A DNA stretch of 64,000 bases, taken from contig OX597820.1 of assembly GCA_951406725.2 (NCBI GenBank), positions 76,756,001 through 76,820,000 on the forward strand. Direction: 5' to 3'. The first letter of the stretch is position 1; each line of letters starts with the position of its first letter. Under the pieces are notes generated by a model, which saw nothing but the letters and a program-made list of their open reading frames with translations, had not been told where the DNA came from and ran no database searches. Positions 1 through 12,380 of the stretch are shown here, piece after piece. Origin of the DNA: Octopus vulgaris. Its lineage: Eukaryota. Made by a program: the position numbers and the translations under genes.

Positions 1-309
1 TTTTTTACAGTTGCAATTTTTTGTTAAAACTCTGAATAAGTACTCCTTCTTAACTGGGTGGAGTGAATTACTATAGAATTGTGCCTGACGGGTACTTGTT
101 TTTGAATATTTTATTTTCTCTTACATGTTTATTTATCTTAATTCGAATTATGGTGTCAGCATGGCCTTCTATGCGATTCAGCGTGATGGTTGTGGGTAGA
201 ACGATTCATACCACAGCCAATTTCATACGAAACTTTAAACTCTCCCTCTGTTCCGGTCTAATACGATTACAGCGAATGATGGCAGGAAGAATTAGTCCCT
301 GCATGTAAA

Positions 310-650
310 CAACAAAACCTGAAATAACTGATTCAGCCATAATGATAATAGTAATAAAGTAAGCACAGCGAGTTTAACACCAACAACAAAATTTGTAACG
401 AGGTCTACAGTATCAAAAACAGCAACAAAATTTATAACGACGTGTGCAATAACAACAACAGCAACAGTGAAGAGAAATAGATATAAGAACAGTAAGAAAA
501 CAACAAATGCAATAACTCCTTCAGCGACACCAGCAACATCAATTACGGGGACAGCAACACAACAGCAGCAGCTGCCGCTGCAACAACTAGAACTACAACA
601 GCAATCCCACAGCTAACAATGACAGCAGCACCAGAAGAATAACAGCAATT
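310..650. repeat. Degenerate CAA/CAG-rich trinucleotide low-complexity tract
   Basis: Runs of aacaacaaca/cagcagcag with many interruptions; no sustained ORF. Confidence 0.7.
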
Positions 651-1345
651 AAAATTTAACTGGCGTTGAGCTGTTGCATGGGTAGGTAATATTTTCCTAG
701 AATGGCGGCAAAGTCAACGTAATAATTCTCGCACTCCTAAATAAAAAGGACATACGTCTTAGAAAAGCTGCACGATTTGTGAGGGGGAAGAGAGCACCAG
801 CTGCAAATCCAGCCGAGGTTTTGAGCAACAACTACCAGGAGGACGGAGATATATTGCTGTGGGCCGGCAAAATACTTGATGCTAAGAACCAGCAACACAA
901 TCTCTACATGAAGAAACCTTAAAAATTTAGGGACAGCTATAGAAACTGTGAACAGGGCAAGGTTGTTAGGGGCATGAAGGTCCTCTTCAAGTGCAAGGCT
1001 CTCACGCTGAACTCTATAGCTCTTGTAGTTGCCAGGAAAATCAACAAAGAAACACGTTTAAGGAAAAGTACGTTTCGCATTAACAAAGAGATAATGATAA
1101 TTCCACATAGATTGGACACCTGATAGATCTTCACCAGTGACACGTACGAAGAGGAAGTTTTGATTCGGGACATCAGGGAAGATCTTCTGCCAGTTCAAGA
1201 TAGCGATTAATGGTGGGAAAGAACCTAGCTCTTATCTTAAAAAAAAAAAATATATATATATAGGACAATAAAGTTACTAGCTTCTGCCGGTGGAGCAATC
1301 TCAACAACAGCAACAACTTGCATCAATAAGAGCATCAGTATCAAT

Positions 1346-1542
1346 GGTAGAATCGTTAGCACGCGGGCGAAATGCTTGCATATAATTCGCCCATCTTTAA
1401 GTTTTGAGTTCAAATCCCACCGAGGCCGACTTTGCCTTTCGTCCTTTCGTAGTCGATACAGTAATTACCAGATGACCGCCGGGGTCGATGCAGTCGACTT
1501 ACGCATTCACTAGAAATTGTTGGCATTGTGCAAAAATTAAAA
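1346..1542 (+). mobile_element. SINE family A (tRNA-like head; gaggtcgactttgcctttcatcctttcggggtcgata core), degenerate copy
   Basis: Matches the many other copies in the window (1606, 13622, 35775, 47307, 58998). Confidence 0.8.
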
Positions 1543-1605
1543 ATTATTATCATTACTACTACTACTACTACCATTATTATTATTATTATCATTATTATAA
1601 AACGT

Positions 1606-1982
1606 GGCGAGCTGGCAGAAACGTTAGCACGCCGGGCGAAATGCGTAGCCGTATTTCGTCTGCCGTTAGGTTCTGAGTTCAAACTCTGCCGAGGTCGACT
1701 TTGCCTTTCATCCTTTCGGGGTCGATAAATTAAGTACTAGTTACGCACTGGGGTCGATATAATCGACTTAATCCCCGTGTCTGTCCTTGTTTGTCCACTC
1801 TATGTTTAGCCCCTTGTGGGTAGAAAAGAAATAAGTATTTCGCCAGTCTCTACGTTCTCAGTTGAAATTCTTTTCCTTGTTTCAGGGTCGATAAATGTAA
1901 GTACCACTTGAACACTGGGATCGATGTAATCGACTCATCCCCTCCCCTAAACTTGCTGCCCTTGTGGCAAAATTTGAAACAA
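1606..1982 (+). mobile_element. SINE family A, dimeric copy
   Basis: ggcgagctggcagaaacgttagcacgccgggcgaaatg head, B-box-like gagttcaaactc, internally repeated core; same layout as 47307-47729. Confidence 0.85.
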
Positions 1983-2221
1983 TTATAATTGTTATCGATT
2001 CTTTTTTTTTGTATCAAAATTACTCTGAAGCATAACAAAGAAGCAATCTAACCAAGAAAAAGAAACTTAAAATAGACAGAAAAAGCAAAAGAAATCAAAG
2101 TTTAACGAATGCTAAGAAATGTTGCTTATGAGGTTTCATGTCTGTGTGGTTTGTTCAACATTTGGAGAAAATAAAATAAAAGATTGATTATTATTTGCAG
2201 AGCAGACTTATAGTACTAGCG

Positions 2222-2766
2222 TGAAGGCGCGTGGATCAGTGGTTAGGGCTTTAGGCTCATGATCGTGAGGTCGTGAGTTCAATTCCCGACGACGCGTTCT
2301 GTCTTTGAGCAAGGCACTTTGTTACTCTATTTCACGTTGCTCCAGTTCACTCAGCTGGCAAAAATGAGTAATACCTGTGTTTCAAAGGTCCAGCCTTATC
2401 ACACTCTGTGTCACGCTGAATCTCCCTGAGAACTACGTTAAGTGCACACAGCTGTGGAGTGGTGGAGGTGCAATGGCCCAGTGGTTGAGGCAGCGGAATT
2501 GCGATTGTAGGATCGCGGTTTCGATTCCCAGACTGGGCGTTGTGAGTGTGTTTTGAGCGAAAACACCTAAAGCTCCACGTGGCTTCCGACAGAGGGTTGT
2601 AGTGAACCATGCTGTACAAGGGACAGCCTTGTCTCACTCTGTGTCACGCTGAATCTACCCGAGAACTACATGTCTGTGGGGTGCTCAGCCACTTGCACGT
2701 TAATTTCACGAGCAGGATGTTCTATTGATCAGATACACGCGTTGTCGTAACCGACCGAGTGCCAGG
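2222..2766 (+). mobile_element. Composite tRNA-derived SINE (family C body with a family D unit inside)
   Basis: A/B-box head (gtggatcagtggttagg...gagttcaattcc), second head at ~2465, shared tail; exact 12-bp TSD atagtactagcg at 2210-2221 and 2767-2778. Confidence 0.85.
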
Positions 2767-3028
2767 ATAGTACTAGCGAACACGCACATACATACATACA
2801 TACATACATACATGCATACAGGCTTACATAACACATGCATCCATAGAAACATACATGCATGCACGCATACATACATACGTATATCATTAGCCATTGCCCC
2901 AACAATTAATAATTGTCTAACACTTTGTAAATGAACTGTTCTGTGATGTTCATGTATGTATGAACTCAATAATTTAATCAGACGCACACATGAGAAAACG
3001 CAGAAAAATGAATTAAGTTTAAATATTT

Positions 3029-3396
3029 TCTCTCTATATGTATAAACGGCAGTTTGTCTGTCTGCGTGTCTGTGTGTCTGTTAGGTTGTACCCTCACCCT
3101 GACCACGGCTTTCAACCGATTCTGATGAAACTTGACACACACAGAGCCCAATGTCATAATTCAAAACTAACGCAGCGAAAATTTTGAAAAGTTCCTCCAG
3201 TTCTGAAAAAAATCGATGAATTCGACGTGGGGTCGAGAATCAGAAACACAAACCACAGACTGTTTAGGGGACGCAACTCGACCTTTTTAGCTCTCAAAAA
3301 AAATTTACCATCATTTATTTTCCATTTTTTTGCTATTTTTTGGCTATAACTCTCTAACCCCTTACAAACCCGAGCAACGCCGGGCGATACTGCTAG
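3029..3396 (+). mobile_element. Non-autonomous Helitron-like element
   Basis: 5' TC(TC)TATAT start, ctgt microsatellite, subterminal hairpin cccgagcaacgccggg, 3' CTAG followed by T; related copy at 42265-42721. Confidence 0.75.
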
Positions 3397-3479
3397 TTAT
3401 TAATATAACCAGGTTCAAGATGATATTATGAGAATGGTTTTAACAAATGTGTAAATAAGTAATAGGCATAAGTCATATT

Positions 3480-3648
3480 CTTTTCTACTCTAGGCACAAG
3501 GCCCGAAATATTTGGGGAGAGGACCAGTTGATTAGATCGACTCCAGTACGCAACCGGCATTTAATTTATCGACCTTGAATGGGTTGATCTAATCCACTGC
3601 TCTCCTCCCCACCAAAAAATTTCGGGCCTTGTGCCTGGAGTAGAAAAG
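3480..3648. repeat. Two SINE A tails in inverted orientation (imperfect palindrome)
   Basis: ttttctactctaggcacaaggcccgaaa at left is the reverse complement of tttcgggccttgtgcctggagtagaaaa at right. Confidence 0.75.
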
Positions 3649-3869
3649 ATTTTCTTTTATTTTTTTTTACTTGTTTCATGCCATGACACCACCCTGAAAG
3701 GTTTAGAGAAAGAAATCGACCCAAGTTTATCTCTAGTATGTTATGATGGTTTAAATAAACCAAAATATCTTATCGAGCAAACAAAACATACAATGCGTGA
3801 GTTTACTTGGCAACATATGACCATACCCGCGCATCGTATTGTATCATGCCTGTATATGTGTGTGTGTTT

Positions 3870-4104
3870 GTGTGTGTGTGTGTGTATTTGTGTTTGTATT
3901 TGTGTCTGTATCTGTCACCCACCATCGATTGACAACCGGTGTTGGTGTGATTACATCTTCGTAACTTAGCGGTTCGGCAAAAACTGTCCGATACAATAAT
4001 TACGAGACTTAGCACAATATTTAAGTTCTAGGTTTCATTCATTCGACTACAAACTCCTCAAGTTGGTGCCTCAGCATAGCCGCAGTATAATGCTTGAAAC
4101 AAAT
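3870..4104 (+). mobile_element. SINE family B, 3' half
   Basis: ttgacaaccggtgttggtgtg...aacttagcggttcggcaaaa...cagcatagccgcagt shared with 12845-13290 and others. Confidence 0.75.
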
Positions 4105-4117
4105 AGAATACATACAT

Positions 4118-4445
4118 CCTTAAAGACTCCGCCGGTTACAACGACGAGGGTCCCAGCTGATACGATCAACGGAACAGCTTGCTCGTGAAATTAACGTGCA
4201 AATGGCTGAGCATTCCACAGACACGTGTACCCTTAACGTAGTTCTCGGGGATAATCAGCGTGACACAGAGAGTGACAAGGCTGACCCTTTGAAATACAAG
4301 TACAACTCATTTTTGCCAGCTGAGTGGACTGGAGCAACGTGAAATAAAGTGTCTTGCTCAAGGACACAACGCGTCGCCGGGAATCGAACTCACAACCTTA
4401 CGATCATGAGCCGAATACCCTAACCACTAAGCCACGCGCCCTCAC
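4118..4445 (-). mobile_element. SINE family C, full length
   Basis: tRNA-like head on minus strand, CORE-like gttgtgtccttgagcaagacacttta; 13-bp TSD agaatacatacat at 4105-4117 and 4446-4458. Confidence 0.9.
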
Positions 4446-4448
4446 AGA

Positions 4449-4494
<46 letters not shown>

Positions 4495-4496
<2 letters not shown>

Positions 4497-4903
4497 CATC
4501 TTTTATTTGCTTCAGTAATCAGACTGCGGCCATGCTGGGGCACCGCCTTCAGGAATCTGTAGTTAAATAAATCGACGCCAATATTCAATACTTAACTTTC
4601 TTAAAACCTAGTATTAACTATTTCATTGGTGTCATCTGCCGAATTGCTAAAATATGGGGACGTAAACACACCAACACCAGTTGTCAAGTAGTGGTGGGGA
4701 CAAACACAGATACACAAACACATACGTATAAATACATAAGGTGGGATTGTTTCCCTTTCCGCCAATCAAATCCATTCACAAGGCTTTGGTCGTCAAGAGG
4801 GTATATTAGAAGCGGTTTGTCAAGGTTCAATGCAGTAAGGGCGAACCTGGAATCATGTGGTTGGTAAGCATTCTTTTTTTACCATGCAGTTTCTCACGCG
4901 CCT
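4495..4903 (-). mobile_element. SINE family B, full length, diverged
   Basis: Both halves homologous to 22410-22872. Confidence 0.75.
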
Positions 4904-4935
4904 ATATGCGTGTATGTATATGTGTGTGTGTGTGT

Positions 4936-4975
<40 letters not shown>

Positions 4976-5477
4976 GCTTTAATTATAACTAACTCGTAAT
5001 TGCCTTCCTTTTGGTTTCATTATTAACACATTAAATTCTTATGACCTGCAGTCAAAGAAGTAAAACGCCCTGTCGACAGCACTCGTTCATACGGAAGCAT
5101 GTGTTCAAAACTATACCACACTCTCTCTATCTCTCTCTCCCTCTTTCTCTCTCTCTCTCTTTCCCTCTCCCCCTCTAAGAAATTTTTTTTAAAAATCGAA
5201 TGCTACTTTTTTCCTTCGAACTTTATACTTGGGTATGTGTTGATTGATTATCTCACTTTCTCACTCACTGTCTTTTCGTTTACCGCTGCGTACTTACTTT
5301 ATTCTCGAGGTGAAAATAACTTGAATAAATAATTTATATGCAATGCAATTTAGTTTAACTCAATTTACCCGTGTTATCTAAATTCATGCTTCCGGCCAAC
5401 AGAGTTGTTTATCTTGGCACGTAGGTTTGGTAGGATAAAGATGAGAATTTTAACTTGATAGCTAAATTAAAGCATAA

Positions 5478-5650
5478 TATACACACATACACATACATAC
5501 ATACGTATATACATGCATGCATGCATACATGCATGCATGCATACATACATACATACATACATACATACATACATACATACATAACGTACATACATGCATG
5601 CATACATGCATGCATACATGCATGCATGCATACATACATACATACATGTC
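5478..5650. repeat. (TACA)n/(TGCA)n microsatellite
   Basis: Direct inspection. Confidence 0.9.
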
Positions 5651-5977
5651 TGTGCTTGTATATCTGTTTATATTTCATATCTGTATACAATGTTTATGTG
5701 TGTAAACTATTGTATGTGTGTTACGCTGTTTTATTCCACAGTGTATTTTTCTATGATGTTAAGCTTCCTTTGCTACTAGGGATGATTTTAAAACTAATTT
5801 CTTATCAAGCGAGATTCCAATATTTTAATTAAAACTTCCTTTAGAATGTATACTTTTTTTCTATGTAAGATTAGTGATTTAAAAGTACAAATCACCAATC
5901 ACTCAGACACGAAACCTCATATATGCATTAGATTTTTTTATTAATTAATCAAAATCGCGCATAAATAACTATATATA

Positions 5978-6278
5978 TTGGGTTCAGTCCCACTGCGTGG
6001 CAACTTGAGCAAGTGTCTTCTACTATAGCCTCAAGCCGACCAAATCTGTAAGTGGATTTGCTAGACGGAAACTGAAAGAAGCCCGTCATGTGTGTGTGTG
6101 TGTGTGTGCGTGTGTGTGTATGGTGAGAATTTACAAAAAACAAAAAAACAAAGACGAAGACGGCTATATGAACAACAAACAGGTGTAATAGTTTAACGCT
6201 GGGGAAGTGAGAAAACCTTTTACGTTTCGAGCCTACGCTCTTCAACAGACAGGAACACAAAAATAAACAGGAAGAGAA

Positions 6279-6324
<46 letters not shown>

Positions 6325-6506
6325 TTGTGTCTCTTTGTGTCTGTGATTGTCCCCTACCATCCCTTGACAACTGCTGTTGTGGTGTTTACGTCCAGTACCT
6401 TAGCGTTTCGACCAAAGAAACCGATAGAATAAGTACTATGCTTACAAAGAATAATGTTCGACAAAAGGCGGTGCTCCAGCACGGCCGCAGTCAAATGATT
6501 GAAACG

Positions 6507-6510
<4 letters not shown>
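5978..6510 (+). mobile_element. SINE family B interrupted by a PLE-pLTR-like insert in its internal microsatellite
   Basis: 5' half 5978-6090 (ggttcagtcccactgcgtggcaacttgagcaag), 3' half 6320-6510. Confidence 0.75.
6122..6280 (-). mobile_element. Short microsatellite-embedded repeat (PLE pLTR-like) carrying variant hammerhead at 6216-6253
   Basis: Homologous to 15222-15452, 23285-23475 and 56770-56935; minus strand reads CTGTTGAA gagc gtag gctc GAAA cg TA aaagg. Confidence 0.6.
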
Positions 6511-6554
<44 letters not shown>

Positions 6555-6573
6555 TTATCTACTTGTTTATTTT

Positions 6574-6606
<33 letters not shown>

Positions 6607-6869
6607 TCAGCTATCAATAGAATAAGTACTAGGCTCACAAAGAATAAGTCCTGGGTCGATTGGTTCGATTACAGGCGGTGCTCCCGAATATATAACCCGG
6701 CACTCAGTTGATTATGACCATAAGTATTCCAGTTGATCCGATCAACAGTACAAATAGCTCGTGCTTGAGTATTCCGCAAACGTGCGTAACATGACATAGT
6801 CCTAAGAGAAAATCAACGTAACACCGAACGTTAGAATGTTGGCCCTGTTAACTTAAGGGAAGAAATATT

Positions 6870-7271
6870 TTTCTCAGTCTTCGCAGTTGCAACACGTCGA
6901 GACCTTGGGTCATTTGAAGACTCTCCTTCCCTCCCTTAAATTCAGATGCCCATCTTTGCACTGTTGATAAACCTGGAGCATCATCCTCTAATGTAGCAAG
7001 CATATCAGGATGGATGTCCTTAGGAGCTAAACCATTTTCTTCAGGTATTTGATAACACTTTGATCCCTTCGATGCCAAAGTTTATCCAATTTAATGAGAC
7101 ATCGCTGCTAGTTAAATTTGGAGACTTCATTGAACAGTCAGTTGTCAGTTTACCTTAAAACAAACAATTCAGTTATTAATAAAATGTGTGGAAATTGATA
7201 TGCATGCAAGATCTCACAGCTCTAGCATCACTCATTCGTAACAAGTCTATGAACTTTTCAGCCCATCTTCA
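6870..7271 (-). mobile_element. Mariner transposon 5' fragment (TIR plus transposase N-terminal HTH remnant)
   Basis: Minus-strand GLAPKDIHPDMLATLEDDAPGLSTVQRWASEFKGGKESL resembles mariner HTH region; terminus TA|tgaagatgggctgaaaagttcatag. Confidence 0.8.
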
Positions 7272-7473
7272 TAGATGTTTGTGTGTGTGTGTGCGTGGGT
7301 AAAAGAATATATACATAGTACCCAATAAAGTCTATTACAGATGACATCTATTTTAGTAACACTTTTACCCAACTGCCACTACAAAATTACTGCAGTAAAT
7401 TTACGAATGACAACAGGTGATCGAAACTGTGCCGGTACTTTACTCATCATCCATTTATACATTTTGTACAATT

Positions 7474-7519
<46 letters not shown>

Positions 7520-7977
7520 TTGATTTCAATATTTTGGAACAAAGGATTATGTACTGAAGACTCGTGCTGTTTAGAATATCTGAGGTAATCAAGAACAAAT
7601 TGTCAAATCAATGGCAGATGCTGGTGAAGATAAAATTGAAAACATTCGTGTTTCTCACTTGTACTGTATGTGTGTCGGGGGAGTGTACAATACAGTAAAA
7701 GAGAAAAGCACACAGATACCTATGCGTGTGTGTGTGTGGCTGTGTGTCTGCATATATATTTGTTTGACTGTTTCTACCCATGTGTATGCAAGTGTGAGTG
7801 TGTTTATTCATAAATCCTAAATATAAAAAAAATTATTCTGCATGAGGTTCATTCGGTTGGCTTTGATTATACAATGCAACATTTGGAGAGGATAATGGTG
7901 ACGACAATGGCAACGTACATGATGACAATGTGGGTGGTGGCAGCAATGATGCCGTTGCTGCTGGATGTCGTTATAAT

Positions 7978-8018
<41 letters not shown>

Positions 8019-8074
8019 TGAACAACAACAATAACATTCATAATAACAATAATAACAATAATGACAATAATAAC

Positions 8075-8105
<31 letters not shown>

Positions 8106-8106
8106 T
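7978..8106. repeat. (AAT/AAC)n microsatellite
   Basis: Direct inspection. Confidence 0.9.
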
Positions 8107-8821
8107 TGTTCTCTAGTTTGTATGTATCGTTGACGTAATTAACAACTGTTGTCTCTAGAGACTTCTATTGAATTTACACATTCTAAATACGAGAGCATAT
8201 TCAAAAAGTGAAACTCAGTGAAAGAGTAGAGGATAAGAAAGACAGAGTAAGTGAGACGGAGAGAGATTGAGAGAGAGAGAGAGAGATTGATTGATTGAGA
8301 GAAAGGGAGAAAAATATACAAAATAACAAGCGAGCAGAAAAGATGGTTTCACAGAGCCATGTTAATTAATGAAATATTTCAACATTTGCAATATCGACCG
8401 CTAGTGCAAATATAAAAGTGTATAAATATTATAGAAAGCTATCCTTTCTTTGAAACACCAGGAAATCTGTATATTCTTCATAGAAGGCAATCCGAAATAA
8501 ATCGGTACTGGAGTTTTCAGTAATTTTACTTTAAACCAACAATAAATTTTCAGATTATTTCACTATATAGGAAGAACGCCTTTATCTATACATATCAATC
8601 AACATGCACTCACCTGTGTGTGTATATGTTTGTATGCATACGCATATACACACACAGGTGAATGTACTTATTCACGATTAATGTATAGATATAGTGGGTG
8701 TTCTTTACAGAAAGCGTTAAGAACGCCACTATTAATATAGATCAATTGTCCATACGTTCATGCGTGTGTACATGCGGACATACATACATACATATATATA
8801 CATACATACATACATACATAC

Positions 8822-8863
<42 letters not shown>

Positions 8864-8885
8864 TACATACATATGTATATATATG

Positions 8886-8980
<95 letters not shown>

Positions 8981-8996
8981 ATGTAGAGTAATCACC

Positions 8997-9407
8997 TTTT
9001 GCCAGTATAATGTTGCAGTCCCAGGATGGGACGAATATTACCGTTATTTAGCCCCAGGAAACATCGTTTCTTGCTGGCTGTACGACACAAAACAATTGTG
9101 TCCGTATATTCTCGAACAGGGGAGATCAGCAGCTCTACCCAGAAATCCACAGACCGGTTTCTGGGTTATTGCCGTTTATCAGCTTGGAGTAGCTTGGTTG
9201 ACCTGATGTCGATACTGAACTGCTGTTGAAAATATAGAGATTTCAAAGTGACACACAGCCACAGATCTACAAAATTGAAATATTTTTTCTAAATCCCTCA
9301 AAAAGCAATGTGCAGTAACAGCACAATAAAGTAAAAACTTTTTGCTAACGTAATGTGGTAGTCCCAGGATGGGACGAATAGTATTTTTATTTAGTCTCAG
9401 GAAACAT
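8997..9407 (-). mobile_element. Diverged retrozyme-like repeat, ~1.2 units of 343 nt, with degenerate hammerhead at 9146-9188
   Basis: gtcccaggatgggacgaata at 9018 and 9361; homologous to reverse complement of the 61512-62329 unit; minus strand CTGATAA...GAAAC CG GTC tgtgga. Confidence 0.65.
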
Positions 9408-9437
9408 TTGTGTGTATGTATATATAGATACACAGAA

Positions 9438-9468
<31 letters not shown>

Positions 9469-9583
9469 CACATAAGCATTCATGTGCATGAACAGACGCA
9501 CAAATATTCTCTCTCTTACGCACACATACATACACTCATACATATATATATATATATGTATATATATATATGTATAAATGCAT

Positions 9584-9615
<32 letters not shown>

Positions 9616-9635
9616 GTATAAATGCATACACACAC

Positions 9636-9685
<50 letters not shown>

Positions 9686-9839
9686 ACTCGCGCTTGTTTG
9701 TTTGTGTGTTTAGTTTTAGTATATACGTAAATCAATGTGGCTGTATATCATACCTCCGTGCATGCAATTATAATTTTCCTAGAGTTGTATGAATCTCAGT
9801 GTAATACAACTCTGTCATCAACGGTAATATTAATTTGAA

Positions 9840-10040
9840 ATTTTGGCACAATACCAGCAATTTCGAATGATGAGGAAAGCCGATTACATCTGCATCTTTT
9901 GTCAATTAGTACTTATTTATCATACCTGAAATGAGGAAAGGTAATGTAGACCTCGGCAGAATTTGAATTAAGGATACAAAGACGGACGAAATGCAACTAA
10001 ACATTTTCTCCGGCGTACTAACGAATTTTGCCTGCTCGTC
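9840..10040 (-). mobile_element. SINE family A, degenerate
   Basis: aggaaaggtaatgtagacctcggcagaatttgaa matches reverse complement of family A core. Confidence 0.65.
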
Positions 10041-10307
10041 TAGTCTACTTGTTGTCTTGTCTACAGAAGTATTAACAATACGAACTGCTAAAGTCAGTAT
10101 ATGACTATACGTGTTTCCCTGCATCTCGGTAGAACCGCCATAAAGGCATGCATTCATCACTCTGCTTTGGGAATGCTACGAACTGACGTAGTGTGTTTAC
10201 AAGCATCTGTCTACAGCGAGAAATTTTCCCCATGTGAAAGTACAGAGGATGGTTTCGTATGGGTTCGAATATGTCAAAAGCTTATTTGAACTGGTAAAAG
10301 GTTTGTA

Positions 10308-10557
10308 TTGCGTTGGTGCATAATTATAGCGGCTTTCTTTCAACAAATTTTATTCAACAAAAACAAAAACAATATTTAAGACAAACATCTTTAAATGACG
10401 GTCTGACTGTCTGCCAAGCAAAGGGGAAGCAGTAATTGAAGTTGATGGTGAATACGCTCCGGAATAATCATTTAAAGATGCTTATGTTACGTGTTGTCAT
10501 TGTTTTTGTTGAATAAAATGTGTTGAAAATAGCCGCAATAATTATGCACCAAACCAA
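10308..10557 (+). mobile_element. Mariner-derived MITE with TA TSD
   Basis: TIRs ttgcgttggtgcataattatagcggct / agccgcaataattatgcaccaaaccaa, TA on both sides; internal LPSK.EAVIEVDGEYAPE* resembles mariner transposase C-terminus. Confidence 0.85.
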
Positions 10558-12343
10558 TATTTGTTTTTTATGTTGAAAATGAGGACAAAGGCCAGAAATG
10601 CATGATAGCCTAACATCTCTGCATAGTATCTAAATATCTGAGGAAAAATAAACCTCACTTTATATTCTTTACAAATGGGTGACAATACGTTGAAGGGCAA
10701 TGTGTGCATGTGATATGATTAGGAGCCTGAACATTCGACTCAAATAATCTCTCATTATACAACCCTTTTTATTTAAGTCAGACTAATTTGTGTTCGTGGA
10801 AATATATTTCGCATAGGTGTTCGAGCAAAAACTATTTCCCTAAACTTTAAATATTTTGTGGTTGAATCTTTGCATTTCGAATGGTAGTGTTCTTGAAATC
10901 ACTCTCTGTTTCAGAACAAATGACAATTAACTGAACTGTTCACGAATTCCTTTACTTCGGTAATAAACAAAACATGCATGCCTGTAATATCACGTGGAAC
11001 ATTCCACAGAAATAGTGGTTGTGTAAAGATTAATCTGAGACAGACTTTCACGAAGAAGATTGTAATTAATCGCGACAGTGATCAACTTTTTTGTGTGCAA
11101 TTTCGCTTGAAGAAATTTCTAATTAAAAGATTAAGCGATATATGAATAAAAGAAATGTTTAACTATAACAAAAATGACGTTTTGTGAAGTTTTAGTGAAA
11201 TTCACAGAAAAAAAAAATCACTCACGTAATATCTACTCTGCGACTCTAAATCTTCTTGGAAACGGTGCTTAACAGAGGCCGGAAAGGAGAATCACAGAGT
11301 TGAGACTAATGATAACGTTGGTAGGAAATACAAGCACTATTTTATTTGTGAAAATACATTACGTGACAGTTTGAAATTATCTGTGTAATCAAATGACAAG
11401 ACAGTGCTACACTATACATAATCAACAAAGGTGCTCTTACACCTAACCAACTGAGAATGCTACAACCAACGAGTTAAGTAAAATATTGTTGAAGTGTTCT
11501 CATAGGTATTTGTGGCAGAAAGATTAATCATACGTCACTAGAAACCACGTTTACAAAGTTGGAATACATCGTTTTCAATATATGACGGTGGAGAACTTTC
11601 TGAAACGCTTCTTTTTCCCAAATATTTATTAGAATTTTTATTCGTACTTATTGAAAGAATCAGTTACCTGATTTAGTGTTTCTGTAAATAAATTGTTTTC
11701 AGGAAAACGGAAAGTGTACATAATAAGTATTTGATGAATTCTGTGACGTAGGAGAAATTAGCAGTTTCAATATCGTTTCTATTGGCGGAACATCGTGATA
11801 GAATTTGTTTAAGTTATAAGAATGTATGGCATTTATTATTTCAATTCAATACGTATTTAATGGACATATGTAGAAACATTTCATGCATGGGTCGATGAAC
11901 GTCCAAACTTATAAAATATTTTATTTGACGATAGAAATAGAATGTAAAATAATTCTAGCCTATACACCAGGTTATTAATTTCTGTGCTATATTATAGAAG
12001 TGCAAATTTAATTCAGAAGGAAATTGATCACGGAATCTGGTTTATAGAATACCATGAGATTGATATGAAGCTATGTATTTATAGCAGTAACATTGTATCA
12101 ATATTTTTCTAATCTATGTAAAACGTTACAAAACTCAAACAGGGTTAGAATTGTGTAGGATCCTAACATACAGTCTGGTGAAATAAATATAACTAGGAAT
12201 AAGAAAGAAACGGGTAGTGAACTTAACAGCGTCAGTCATTTCTTTTTATGAGATTCACTACAGAATTGTATACACTGACAGCCCACACACACGTTAATAT
12301 GTATATATGTATGTATATATATATATGTATGTATATATATGTG

Positions 12344-12380
<37 letters not shown>

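Noticed and set aside
660-1235. GC-richer segment that might be a decayed LINE ORF1 or exon
   Set aside because: Stops in all frames tried and no motif I can recognise; BLASTX/TBLASTX needed.
7390-7446. Hammerhead-like agtaaa...cgaatga...GAAAC tg..cg GTA ctttact
   Set aside because: CUGANGA core is broken and stem II does not pair; at best a decayed pLTR motif.
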